Below the pieces are notes generated by a model. That model saw only the letters and a list, made by a program, of their open reading frames with translations, searched no databases and was not told the origin of the DNA. Source: Nitrososphaerota archaeon (GTDB lineage: Archaea; Thermoproteota; Nitrososphaeria_A; Caldarchaeales; Calditenuaceae). Taken from it: a stretch of 32,000 nt of DNA. A program made the translations under genes and the position numbers. The stretch covers positions 2,714 to 34,713 of the forward strand of contig JAVYLC010000006.1 of the NCBI GenBank assembly GCA_038741355.1, written 5' to 3'. Below, one piece after another: positions 7,181-16,207 of the stretch. Position 1 is the first letter of the stretch; the number at the start of each line of letters is the position of its first letter.

Positions 7181-7603
7181 TTATACGGCCACCCTATGGG
7201 CGCTTACAAGGTCGAGAAGAGCCTTAATACAGTTTCTCTCAGTTATTATACCCTCAAGCATCCCATTGCTTATCACCGGAACACGCCTAATATTCTTCTC
7301 GACCATCTTGGTGAGAACATCAACTAGAGGTGTTTCCGGCGTACAAGAAATGAGCTCCCTACTCATCACATCCTTAACCAGCGTTGAGAGTAGGTCTTCG
7401 GGACCTCTACTCTTGAGAAGCCTTCTCAAAATGTCCCTCTCAGTCACTATGCCCACTGGCTTGTTCCCCTCCACGACAACGAGAGCACCAATGCCTCTAG
7501 ATATCATGAGTTCAAGGGCGGTCCAAGCGGTATCATCCGGCCTAACCGTTACTACCAAGGGATTCATTACATCTCTTGCTCTAATTATACGCTCCCCCAC
7601 CAC
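7181..7603 (-). CDS. CBS-domain pair protein
   Basis: Two CBS repeats: 'ARDVMNPLVVTVRPDDTAWTALELMISRGIGALVVVE...GIVTERDILR' and 'VKDVMSRELISCTPETPLVDVLTKMVEKNIRRVPVI...GIITERN'. GTG start with TATA ~29 nt upstream. Confidence 0.85.
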   Translation of the reverse strand: MVGERIIRARDVMNPLVVTVRPDDTAWTALELMISRGIGALVVVEGNKPVGIVTERDILRRLLKSRGPEDLLSTLVKDVMSRELISCTPETPLVDVLTKMVEKNIRRVPVISNGMLEGIITERNCIKALLDLVSAHRVAV

Positions 7604-7688
7604 TTCACTAATGGCACACTATGGATGCTTAAAAAGATTCTTTGTCACGATCAATTTAAGTAGGGAGGCCCACTGGGATAGGGAATAG

Positions 7689-8528
7689 ATGTCTGTTAGG
7701 GTGGCGCTTATCCAGATGAGAATGTCCGACGACGTTGGCAGGAATATTGAGAGAGCGGGATCCCTCCTCACAGAGGCCGCAAAGGCTGGGGCGGATATTG
7801 CCTGTCTACCAGAGCTATTCACCACAACTTATTTTCCCCAGAGTATTGCGGTGCGGGTAGCCCATTCTGAAGAAGTTCCCGGCAGATTGTCGAAGAGGAT
7901 ATCGGAGCTAACGAGAAAGCATAAGCTAGTGGTCGTGGCAGGCTCTATACCCGAGTCAAGCGGGGGGGCTCTATACAACACGTCCTTTGTCATCGACTCA
8001 GACGGACGATACTTGGGCAAGTATAGGAAGATGCATCTGCCTGATGACGAGTGTTTCTGGGAGGCCCACCACTTCACAGCCGGCGACCTAGGGTACAATG
8101 TTTTTGAAACCTCACTCTGCAGGGTCGGTGTGCTGATCTGTTATGACCAGTGGTTTCCTGAGCCAGCGCGGATACTAGCTCTAAAGGGTGCGGAGATCAT
8201 TTTCTATCCCTCAGCGATCGGCTCGGTCTCGGGAATATCTCAGGACGAGGGGGACTGGGCAGAGGCGTGGGAGACGGTCCAGAGAGGGCATGCAATAGCC
8301 AACGCGCTCCCAGTGGCTGTCACGAACCGCGTGGGGAGGGAGGGTAGGATAGAGTTTTGGGGCAGGTCACTCCTCATAGATGCATTCGGAAAAGTTGTGG
8401 TCAGAGCGGACAGCGAGGAGGGTGTCTTCACTGGCGAGATAGACTTGGAGCAGGGGCCGGCCATCAGGAGGGGCTGGGGCTTCCTTTCAAGGAGAAGACC
8501 CGAGACCTATGGTGAGATAACGCGATGA
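7689..8528 (+). CDS. aguB: N-carbamoylputrescine amidase (carbon-nitrogen hydrolase/nitrilase superfamily)
   Basis: CN-hydrolase blocks 'VALIQM...', 'ACLPELF', 'YRKMHLPD', 'VLICYDQWFPE' (catalytic Cys) and 'IIFYPSAIG'. Translationally coupled (ATGA) to the agmatine deiminase gene. Confidence 0.8.
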   Translation: MSVRVALIQMRMSDDVGRNIERAGSLLTEAAKAGADIACLPELFTTTYFPQSIAVRVAHSEEVPGRLSKRISELTRKHKLVVVAGSIPESSGGALYNTSFVIDSDGRYLGKYRKMHLPDDECFWEAHHFTAGDLGYNVFETSLCRVGVLICYDQWFPEPARILALKGAEIIFYPSAIGSVSGISQDEGDWAEAWETVQRGHAIANALPVAVTNRVGREGRIEFWGRSLLIDAFGKVVVRADSEEGVFTGEIDLEQGPAIRRGWGFLSRRRPETYGEITR

Positions 8529-9568
8529 GGCCGGACGAGGGGGGTAGGTTCAGAGCCCCGGCAGAGTGGGAGAGGCATAGCTGCACTTGGATTGCTTGGC
8601 CCCATAACGAGTCGACCTTTCCACCACAGCTGATTGGGGAGGTTGAGGAGGCTTACTGCGACATGGTCTATGAGGTCGCGAGAGGCGAGGTTGTCAAAAT
8701 CCTCGTAAATGATGAGATTGAGGCTGAGAGGGTTCAAAATCTCTTAGAAGAGGTGGGAACCCCTCTGGGGAACGTGGAGTTCCATAAGGTCCATACAGTG
8801 GATGTCTGGGTGAGAGATTATGGACCGGTATTCGTCGAGAATGAGGACACTGGTGTCCTAGGTGGCGTAAAGTGGAAGTTCAACGCATGGGGAATGAAAT
8901 ACCCTGAGCTTGCTGAGGACGACGAGGCGGGGCTCCAAATCCTCAGACTCTCAGGCGCTAAGTCCTTCCACCTCGACCACATTGTTGAGGGAGGGGCTAT
9001 TGAAGTGTCAAGTAACGGAGTACTTTTAACGACGGAGCAGTGCCTCCTCGACCCTGCCAGAAACCCCGGGCTTAGCCGGGAGGACTTGGAGGCAGAGTTT
9101 CGCAGATACCTCGGAGCGCGTGACGTGATTTGGTTCGAGAGGGGGTTGGTTGGTGACGACACCGACGGGCATGTGGATGTCTTCTGCAGATTTGTCTCGC
9201 CCAGCACTGTGGTGTTAGCCGAGGAGGAAAGGGAGAACATGAATAAGAGGATACTTGAGAGAGCATACAGGAAACTAACCGACTATATTGAGGAGAGGAG
9301 AGCTGGGATTGAGGTTGTTAGAGTTCCGTGCCCACCTCCTATTAAGGTATTAGATCAGTACGTCCCCGCGACATATCTGAACTTCTACATTACAAACTCT
9401 GCCGTCCTGGTCCCCGTCTTCGGTGTTGAGGAAGATGAGGAGGCCCTATCGATCTTGGCCGACTACTTCCCCCACAGGCGCGTAGTCGGGATCCTGTGTA
9501 AGGAGCTGTTTTACGGCCTCGGCGGGATACACTGTGTCACGCTGCACCAGCTTGCAACAGCGACTTGA
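8525..9568 (+). CDS. aguA: Agmatine deiminase (PAD_porph family)
   Basis: 'PAEWERHSCTWIAWPH', 'VWVRDYGPVF', 'WKFNAWG', 'EGGAIEVSSNGVLLTTEQCLL..NPG', 'DTDGHVD' and the C-terminal catalytic 'GGIHCVT'. The ATG overlaps the aguB stop (ATGA at 8525-8528). GGTGA Shine-Dalgarno upstream. Confidence 0.85.
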   Translation: MRPDEGGRFRAPAEWERHSCTWIAWPHNESTFPPQLIGEVEEAYCDMVYEVARGEVVKILVNDEIEAERVQNLLEEVGTPLGNVEFHKVHTVDVWVRDYGPVFVENEDTGVLGGVKWKFNAWGMKYPELAEDDEAGLQILRLSGAKSFHLDHIVEGGAIEVSSNGVLLTTEQCLLDPARNPGLSREDLEAEFRRYLGARDVIWFERGLVGDDTDGHVDVFCRFVSPSTVVLAEEERENMNKRILERAYRKLTDYIEERRAGIEVVRVPCPPPIKVLDQYVPATYLNFYITNSAVLVPVFGVEEDEEALSILADYFPHRRVVGILCKELFYGLGGIHCVTLHQLATAT

Positions 9569-9574
9569 AAATTC

Positions 9575-10294
9575 CTAAGAAGTAAATGTTACCAGGCTCT
9601 TTAAGACCCCGGAGGGTGGGAGGAGCTGTCTAATCCTCTCCCTCACCTCTTCGAGCATCACGATTGTGAACACTCCAGCCAACTTTGCTCCCGACCTATT
9701 CACTATCCGGATCATCCCGTGGATTGTCTCACCGCTACGGGCCACGTCGTCGACAATTAACACAATGTCGCTTTTCCTCAAAGCCTGCCTAGCGACGTAG
9801 AGGTACTCGACTAGGGCAGGCGTGCGTTTTATCGGCTCCTCAATATAGCTCTTGACGTTCAGGTCCTTTCTTTTCTTCGCGATTATTAGGTCGGCTCTCA
9901 GCTCTGTTGCCACTTGCACTGCTAGTGGAATGCCATCGGTAGCTACGGTGAGAAGCTTGTTTATTGAGAAGACGCTGAACTCGGCGCTGACCACCTTTGC
10001 TATGAGGCGGAGCAGACCCACGTCTGTGACTATGGCGGATAGGTCGTAGAATCCGTCCTCTGTTCTTGTCAACCTCTTCTTCACTATCTCGGAGAGGAGC
10101 GACTCGTTGAATAGCCGGACAATCTTCTCTGCTCTAGCGGTGTTGGGGAGGACGTGGCCGTTTATGTATCTGCTGATGATCGAGATTTGGAGTCCAAGCA
10201 TCTCGGAGAGCGACTTGTACCCATACCTCTCCCTCAGATAGGCTAGAACCTCAACTGCGCTCAGCCTTAGATAGAGGTCCGAGATCTTTGTCAA
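9575..10294 (-). CDS. HTH + type I phosphoribosyltransferase-domain protein (PurR/GfcR/PyrE-like putative transcription regulator)
   Basis: N-terminal HTH 'SLSEMLGLQISIISRYINGHVLP'. PRT fold: 'LLTVATDGIPLAVQVATEL' and the PRPP loop 'IVLIVDDVARSGETI'. TTG start. Divergent from kdgA. Confidence 0.7.
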   Translation of the reverse strand: MTKISDLYLRLSAVEVLAYLRERYGYKSLSEMLGLQISIISRYINGHVLPNTARAEKIVRLFNESLLSEIVKKRLTRTEDGFYDLSAIVTDVGLLRLIAKVVSAEFSVFSINKLLTVATDGIPLAVQVATELRADLIIAKKRKDLNVKSYIEEPIKRTPALVEYLYVARQALRKSDIVLIVDDVARSGETIHGMIRIVNRSGAKLAGVFTIVMLEEVRERIRQLLPPSGVLKSLVTFTS

Positions 10295-10407
10295 CCACCG
10301 TCCGACCTATCACTAGACTCGGATTTAAGCTTTCACGACATACTGGTTAATTCGCTGATAGCTCTACGCTCGAAAGATAATTATGCTGCCTGATTCATAA
10401 AAAATGT

Positions 10408-11319
10408 GTGAAGTTAGAAGGGTTCAGGGGTGTAATAGCCGCGATCATTACCCCAAATGGTGTCCAAGATACCGCTGTTGAAGCGTATCTGAGGTTTCTC
10501 CATGATAGGGGTGTGGGCGGGATCTTCATGCTAGGGACGATGGGTGAGGGTGCGAAGCTCTCAGTCCAAGCTAGGGAGAAGATAGCTGAGAAGATAATAG
10601 ATCTCGCCGGTGACAGGTTCTTGAAAATAGTTCATGTAGGCTCCTCCGACATGGAATCCGCCTTGAGACTGGCTAAACACGCCCAGGAAGTCGGGGCTGA
10701 CGCTGTCTCAGCGGTCGCACCATACTACTACAAGTATGATGCGGAGTCACTGGCAAATTTCTACACGGCTCTCGGATCCTCCACAAATCTACCATTGTTA
10801 TTCTACAACAACCCAGGTAGGCAGGGCTACTCTCTAGGTCTACATGAGGTCGCGAGGCTCCTCGAACTCGCCCCCGCTGTTAGAGGCATCAAGGATAGTA
10901 GCGGAGATCCAGACCTGATTTTGGAGCTCCAGTCCAGCTTCGGGTCAAGCCACTTCATAGCATGTGGCGGAGACAACCTCCTCTACTACGCCTTCTCTAT
11001 CGGGATCAGGGCCCATGTCAGCGCCTTAGCCTCTATCTATCCAGAGCTTGCTGCGGGAGTCTTTAGGGCGGTTGAGCGGGGAGATCGCGCCGAGGCGCTG
11101 AAGCTCCAGCTTGCCGTCAACAGGGCTAGGCGGTTGTTGAGGGGGGTAGGGCCGGACACAGCGTCATACCGCTATGCCCTAGCCCTGAGGGGGTTGGATA
11201 TAGGACCGCCCATACCACCAACAAGGCATCTTCGGCAGGAGGAGAAGGACCAAATCTCCCGGGGGCTCGCTTCTATAAACAAGTTAGCGGAGGACATGGG
11301 AAGAGCTTGGCTGAGCTAG
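10408..11319 (+). CDS. kdgA: 2-keto-3-deoxy-(6-phospho)gluconate aldolase (DapA/NAL family)
   Basis: DapA-family blocks 'GVIAAIITP', 'GIFMLGTMGEGAKLS', 'VAPYYYKY', 'YNNPG' and 'GIKDSSGD' (Schiff-base Lys). The layout resembles Sulfolobus KdgA as I recall it. The gene overlaps kdgK. GTG start with TATA aagataatta ~28 nt upstream. Confidence 0.8.
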   Translation: MKLEGFRGVIAAIITPNGVQDTAVEAYLRFLHDRGVGGIFMLGTMGEGAKLSVQAREKIAEKIIDLAGDRFLKIVHVGSSDMESALRLAKHAQEVGADAVSAVAPYYYKYDAESLANFYTALGSSTNLPLLFYNNPGRQGYSLGLHEVARLLELAPAVRGIKDSSGDPDLILELQSSFGSSHFIACGGDNLLYYAFSIGIRAHVSALASIYPELAAGVFRAVERGDRAEALKLQLAVNRARRLLRGVGPDTASYRYALALRGLDIGPPIPPTRHLRQEEKDQISRGLASINKLAEDMGRAWLS

Positions 11320-12254
11320 TCGCGATGGGCGAGGCCCTGATACAGTTTAACGCTCTCACACGGGGCCCGCTCAGACATGTTACATTGTTCGAGAAACATG
11401 TTGCGGGGGCGGAGGCAAACGTAGCGGTCTGTGTGGGCAGGTTGGGAAGAAGCTCAGCCTTCATAGGCAGAGTAGGTGATGATGAGTTCGGAAGGAACAT
11501 TGAGGCTTGGCTAAGAGCCGAAAGGGTTGATACAAGATGGCTTAAGACAGATCCTGGAGCTCCGACTGGAATCTACTTTGTGCAGCGTGGATATCCAATA
11601 CCATCGAGGAGTACCATGTTCTATTATAGACGCGGTTCTGCAGGGAGCAGGCTTTCACCAGAAGACATCGAGGAGGAGGCATTCAGGGACGCGAGAATAC
11701 TTCATTTCACCGGAATCACACCGGCGTTAAGCCAGTCGGCTAGAGAGGCGTGTCTCAAGGGGCTGCAGCTGGCAGAGAAAAACGGGGTCAAAGTCTCTAT
11801 AGACACTAACATCCGGCCAGCCCTGTGGCCTAGCCTCGAAGAGGCTGCCAAGGTGTTGATGCCTATGGTAGAGAAGTCGAACATCCTATTCACAGACCCG
11901 ACAGACGCCGAGATTCTGGTTGGTGAGAGCGAGCCTGAGAAGATATTAGAGGTCTTCAGAGGCCTCGGTGTAGAGACGGTCGTAGTAAAGCTGGGGGAGA
12001 GGGGGGCCTTAGCCTCCTCTGGAAGCGAGAAGGCACGTGCCGAGGCAATCCAAGTCAACGTCGAGGATCCAATAGGCGCTGGAGACGCGTTGGCAGGAAC
12101 ATTCTTGGCCTGCATGCTTGCAGGGCGAAACCTGTTTGACTCCTTAAGGAGAGCTACTCTAGTCGGCTCACTCGTCACGACCACGAGAGGTGACCAAGAA
12201 ATGATCCCCACCCTCAAAGACCTTGAGATTGTCTACCGCTATTACTACCCCTAG
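11307..12254 (+). CDS. kdgK: 2-keto-3-deoxygluconate kinase (PfkB family)
   Basis: The N-terminus 'MAELVAMGEALIQFNALTRGPLRHVTLFEKHVAGAE...RVGDDEFGRNI...TGIYFVQRGYPIPSRS..YYRRGSAGSRLSPEDI' closely parallels Sulfolobus KdgK as I recall it. The 'DPIGAGDA' ATP-binding motif is present. The TTG start overlaps the kdgA end by 13 nt. Confidence 0.9.
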   Translation: MAELVAMGEALIQFNALTRGPLRHVTLFEKHVAGAEANVAVCVGRLGRSSAFIGRVGDDEFGRNIEAWLRAERVDTRWLKTDPGAPTGIYFVQRGYPIPSRSTMFYYRRGSAGSRLSPEDIEEEAFRDARILHFTGITPALSQSAREACLKGLQLAEKNGVKVSIDTNIRPALWPSLEEAAKVLMPMVEKSNILFTDPTDAEILVGESEPEKILEVFRGLGVETVVVKLGERGALASSGSEKARAEAIQVNVEDPIGAGDALAGTFLACMLAGRNLFDSLRRATLVGSLVTTTRGDQEMIPTLKDLEIVYRYYYP

Positions 12255-12297
12255 CACTTAGCACGCATCTAATGGGCTACTAAATATAGTCCTCTGA

Positions 12298-13728
12298 GTG
12301 TTTTCTCAGGTAGGCTTGGTTAGGCTGGAGGAGGTTTTGGCCGAGGCGGCGAGAATAGTTGAGCCAACAGAGCCTGAGAGGGGGCGGGTCTCTGAGGTTG
12401 CAGCCAGGCTCCTCTCAGCATGCAGGGGAGAGTTCTTGGGGAGGGAGGGGGTCGTTGACGTCACCATAGAGGGGTCGGTGGCCAAGGACACATGGGTTCG
12501 AGGGAGGGAGGAGGTTGACGTTTTTGTTCACTTTACACCTAGCGCGGGTAGGGAGAGGCTTGAGTCGACGGTTCTAAGTTCTGGGCGCAGGGTCATTGAG
12601 GGGCTGGGCGGTAGGCACTGGCTCAGATACGCCAGCCACCCCTACATCGAGGGAGAGGTAGGGGGCATCCGCGTCAACATCGTAGGATGCTTTAAGACCG
12701 AGCCCGGCCAATGGATTAGCGCCGTCGACAGAACCCACTATCACACCGAGTTTGTAAGGTCGCGAATAACTCCCCAGCTAAGGCGCAACATACGCCTCTT
12801 CAAAGGTTTCCTAGTGGGCTGCGGACTCTATGGGGCGGAGATCAGGGTTGAAGGGTTCAGCGGATATCTCTCCGAACTCTTGGTGATTAGTCATGGTGGG
12901 TTCGTTGAGTTATTGAAGAGTGCTGCGAAGTGGCGGATACCAGTTTTTGTAGACTTGTCGGGTAGAGTCAGGCGTGAAGAGGCGCTCAGACTCTTCCCCA
13001 ACGCCGCCCTTATATTCCCCGACCCTGTAGACCCTTCCCGCAACGTAGCCGCTGCCGTAAGCAAAACTAGGCTCGCTGAGCTAATTCTGGCATCCAAACT
13101 CTTCTTGGAGGACCCACGCATCGACTACTTCATGCCAGAAACCGCGAAGCCGCTCGAAGAGAAAGTGGTGGGTCGTGGCCCACACGAGCTTTTGGGAATT
13201 ATCTTCCGTGTCGAGGAACAGCCTCCAGACATCCTCTGGGGAGAGATTAAGCACACTTTGAGCGGAATCTCGAGGCGGCTAGTGAAGGAGGGGTTCCAAG
13301 TTTATAGAGCAGCGGCCGCTCAGTCGGGCGACGAGGTCGTCCTCCTCTACGAGCTCTCAAGCCTCTCTCTTCCACCACTCGAGCTAAGGGTAGGACCACC
13401 AGTCTGGCTGGATAATGCCATAGAATTCGCGAAAAAGACACTCAGCAGAGAGGATAGAGCGGCTGGCCCATGGGTGGAGGGAGAGAGACTGTACGCCCTC
13501 CTAAAGCGGAAAAACGTTAACGCCGATGAATTGTTAAGGGAGTGGATTGGGAGGGGGGAAGTCGCCATATCTCGCGAGCTGGTAGACAGGTTGAGGGGGG
13601 CCGAGATACTGACGAGCCGGAGCGGCCTACTCGACAGAATCAAACAGAACGAGGGTTTTAAGGGGTTTCTGCAAAACTTCCTCGACGGTGTTGCCTCACC
13701 AGTAAGACGCCTCGAGAAGAGATGCTAG
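12298..13728 (+). CDS. cca: CCA-adding enzyme (archaeal class I tRNA nucleotidyltransferase)
   Basis: 'EGSVAKDTWVRGREEVDVFV' (GS...DxD), 'HPYIEGEVGGIRVNIVGC', 'SAVDRTHYHTEFV' and 'YGAEIRVEGFSGYLSELLV'. The real start may be TTG 12316, because TAAATATA (12281-12288) is centred ~31 nt upstream of it. Confidence 0.85.
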   Translation: MFSQVGLVRLEEVLAEAARIVEPTEPERGRVSEVAARLLSACRGEFLGREGVVDVTIEGSVAKDTWVRGREEVDVFVHFTPSAGRERLESTVLSSGRRVIEGLGGRHWLRYASHPYIEGEVGGIRVNIVGCFKTEPGQWISAVDRTHYHTEFVRSRITPQLRRNIRLFKGFLVGCGLYGAEIRVEGFSGYLSELLVISHGGFVELLKSAAKWRIPVFVDLSGRVRREEALRLFPNAALIFPDPVDPSRNVAAAVSKTRLAELILASKLFLEDPRIDYFMPETAKPLEEKVVGRGPHELLGIIFRVEEQPPDILWGEIKHTLSGISRRLVKEGFQVYRAAAAQSGDEVVLLYELSSLSLPPLELRVGPPVWLDNAIEFAKKTLSREDRAAGPWVEGERLYALLKRKNVNADELLREWIGRGEVAISRELVDRLRGAEILTSRSGLLDRIKQNEGFKGFLQNFLDGVASPVRRLEKRC

Positions 13729-14450
13729 AGACTGAGGCGCTGAAAAGAATTCGACCCCTCATGCTACAGCTCTCCTACCCTTTCCCAGACCCTGACTACG
13801 CGTGGCTAGTTGTGAGAGCCCTAGAAGAGCTAGGTGTGGAGGCCTTGGAGCTCGAAAGCCCCGAGAAACTGAGAATAATCGGTAAAGGGTTCAGAAACAT
13901 TGTTTTAGTCGGGGTAAAGAGTTGGGTGAGGGTGGCTATTAAGGTGAGGAGGCTCGACTACGCCGTTAAGTCAACCTTTCATGAGGCATATATGCTTGAG
14001 CAGGCTAACAGGGTGGGTGTCGGCCCCCGGCTCCTTGGGCACAGTGACCCAGTCTTAGTCATGAGCCTTGTCGAAGGTATGGACCTAACTAAATGGTTAC
14101 TTCACTCAAACCCTCCCAGCCACGCGGCCAGACAAACACTCCTAGAGACCGCTCTGCAATGCCATAGGCTCGACCGCGCAGGGATAGATCATAGAGAACT
14201 AAGCGATGCGAGCAAGCATGTGATCGTCACACAGAGTGGGCCGGTCATTATAGATTTTGGCTCTGCGGCCTTTTCAAGCCGCCCCAAGAATCTCACCTCA
14301 CTCATAAACTACATCAGCTCGAAGCAGCTAGAGCAGATAAGGCAAAACCTCGGTCTTGGCTGGGTGGAGAGGCAGACTCTCAGGCGGTATAAGGAGACAT
14401 ATTCTGGGAAAGATTTTGAGACGCTACTCGCGGAGATAAGGCTTCTTTAG
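13722..14450 (+). CDS. Predicted Ser/Thr protein kinase (COG2112-like, RIO/eukaryotic-like kinase fold)
   Basis: 'IGKGFRNIVLVG' (Gly loop), 'VAIKVRR' (VAIK Lys), 'GIDHRELSDASKHVIV' (catalytic loop) and 'IIDFGSA' (DFG). The ATG overlaps the cca stop by 7 nt. Confidence 0.7.
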   Translation: MLETEALKRIRPLMLQLSYPFPDPDYAWLVVRALEELGVEALELESPEKLRIIGKGFRNIVLVGVKSWVRVAIKVRRLDYAVKSTFHEAYMLEQANRVGVGPRLLGHSDPVLVMSLVEGMDLTKWLLHSNPPSHAARQTLLETALQCHRLDRAGIDHRELSDASKHVIVTQSGPVIIDFGSAAFSSRPKNLTSLINYISSKQLEQIRQNLGLGWVERQTLRRYKETYSGKDFETLLAEIRLL

Positions 14451-14533
14451 CTCTTGGAAGCCCTTTTTCGTGAAGGAGACTAACAGCTAAATAGGACGTC
14501 GGGGCATGGGTCTTAGAGGTGCCTTAATTTATT

Positions 14534-15451
14534 GTGTATCACGTCTTGGGCAGAGGCGTCCTCCACGCCGTCGCGGATGCTGTTGGAAACACCCCCCTTG
14601 TAGACCTTACAGAACCTCTCTCCATCAAGAATGGCTCGAGGGTCCTTGTTAAGCTGGAGTTTTTCAACCCTGGCGGCTCTGTCAAAGATAGGCCAGCCCT
14701 CTACATCGTCAGAGACGCCATAGCTCAGGGGCTACTAACTCCCGGCATGACGATCCTTGACGCTTCATCCGGGAACATGGCTGTCAGCTTATCCCTCATG
14801 GCTGCCTGCTTCGGGCTAAAGACAAAGATAGTCGTCCCGGAGAACGTTAGTCGAGAGAAGATTGGCCTGCTCCGAATACTGGGGGCAGAGATAGTCTTCA
14901 CAGACCCGCTGGAGGGGATAGACGGCGCCATAAGGGAGGCGCGGAGATTGGCAGAGACCGACCCAAAAAAATACTTCTACTCCAATCAGTACGATAACCC
15001 ATCCAACGTCAAGGCTCACTATGAGACAACAGGGCCCGAGGTTATCCGCCAAACACGCGGTAAGGTAACCCACTTTGTGGCAGGGGTAGGGACCTCCGGA
15101 ACCTTAATGGGGGCAGGTCAGCGTTTACGAGAGTATAACAAGAGGATAAGGCTCATTGAGGTCCAGCCTGACGGGCCACTCCACGGGATTGAGGGGCTTA
15201 AACACATGGACAGCTCGATAAAGCCGAAGATTTACGATCCAACCTTCGCCGACGACCTGATAAAGATCTCGACAGAAGAGGCATACCAGTATTCTAAGCT
15301 TCTAGCATCGCGTGCAGGTGTCCTGGCCGGTCTGTCAGGCGGAGCAAATGTGGCCGCAGCCCTGCGCGTGGCGATGGAGAATCCAGGATCCGTTGTAGTG
15401 ACTTTAATCCCCGACGGAGCGGCGAGGTATGTCAACCTGTTGCTGGGCTGA
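14534..15451 (+). CDS. Cysteine synthase / O-acetyl(phospho)serine sulfhydrylase family (PLP fold type II)
   Basis: 'GNTPLVDL', 'KLEFFNPGGSVKDRPA' (PLP Lys), 'SSGNMAVSL', 'GVGTSGTLMG' and 'GLSGGANVAAAL'. The start (GTG 14534) is uncertain by a few codons. Confidence 0.85.
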   Translation: MYHVLGRGVLHAVADAVGNTPLVDLTEPLSIKNGSRVLVKLEFFNPGGSVKDRPALYIVRDAIAQGLLTPGMTILDASSGNMAVSLSLMAACFGLKTKIVVPENVSREKIGLLRILGAEIVFTDPLEGIDGAIREARRLAETDPKKYFYSNQYDNPSNVKAHYETTGPEVIRQTRGKVTHFVAGVGTSGTLMGAGQRLREYNKRIRLIEVQPDGPLHGIEGLKHMDSSIKPKIYDPTFADDLIKISTEEAYQYSKLLASRAGVLAGLSGGANVAAALRVAMENPGSVVVTLIPDGAARYVNLLLG

Positions 15452-15491
15452 GAACGGTTTATAAGACCAGAGGTAGACCACTTATCTGGTA

Positions 15492-16199
15492 TTGCCGGTC
15501 AATGAGTCTATAGTGGTCTATGAGAAGGGAATGGAGGACTATCATCTCGAAGATGCAGCCCTAATCGAGGGTCTTCCGGGTATTGGGCTAGTGTCGAAAA
15601 TCAGTGTAGCATACATTTTAGGGAAGGTAAAGCCTGTAAAGCTCTGCAGAGTCTACTCACCCCACTTCCCCTCCTATGGATTCATAGCAGAAGGAAAACT
15701 CCTCCCCCACTTTCTCGACATCTACGCTGTCGAGGACCCATCACCTACACTCATAGTATATGGCACCTCGCAGCCCTCAAGCAGCTATGGTCAACACGAG
15801 CTATGTGGAAAGATAATAGACGTCGCGGCTAAGCATGGCGCAAGGCGCGTCTTTACGCTCGGTGGTTTGGGTGGGAAAGAGGATGTCTCGCAGAGGCGGA
15901 GGATATACTGCTCCTCAACCAGCAAGACCTATCTCGAGAAATATATGGGGCTTGTGGGAGGGGAGGTTTATGGTGGACAGATTGTGGGTGCGGCGGGAAT
16001 CATGATGGTTATGGCGGGGCAGAAGGGTCTTGAAAACATGGGCATGTTGATTGAGATTGGGAATTCTACGCCGGACTATTATGCAGCTCAAAGAGGTGTC
16101 GAGGCGCTCTCTAAACTCTGCTCACTCGGATTAGAGGGGGTAGGGGTAAGCGAGCTAATCACCGTTTCGAGCAGAACCATCGCCAGACTCGAGGCATAA
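15492..16199 (+). CDS. PAC2-family proteasome assembly chaperone-like protein (COG1938)
   Basis: The N-terminal 'LIEGLPGIGLVSKISVAYIL' motif and overall length fit the family. TTG start with TTTATAA ~30 nt upstream. Confidence 0.7.
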   Translation: MPVNESIVVYEKGMEDYHLEDAALIEGLPGIGLVSKISVAYILGKVKPVKLCRVYSPHFPSYGFIAEGKLLPHFLDIYAVEDPSPTLIVYGTSQPSSSYGQHELCGKIIDVAAKHGARRVFTLGGLGGKEDVSQRRRIYCSSTSKTYLEKYMGLVGGEVYGGQIVGAAGIMMVMAGQKGLENMGMLIEIGNSTPDYYAAQRGVEALSKLCSLGLEGVGVSELITVSSRTIARLEA

Positions 16200-16207
16200 G
16201 TATCCTT

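Noticed and set aside
7963-7970. Homopolymer runs (G7 in aguB at ~7963; A7 in the cysteine synthase gene at ~14962; T7 in glk at ~17776) as possible phase-variation or frameshift sites
   Set aside because: All three genes read through in a single frame with intact family motifs on both sides, so there is no evidence of slippage.
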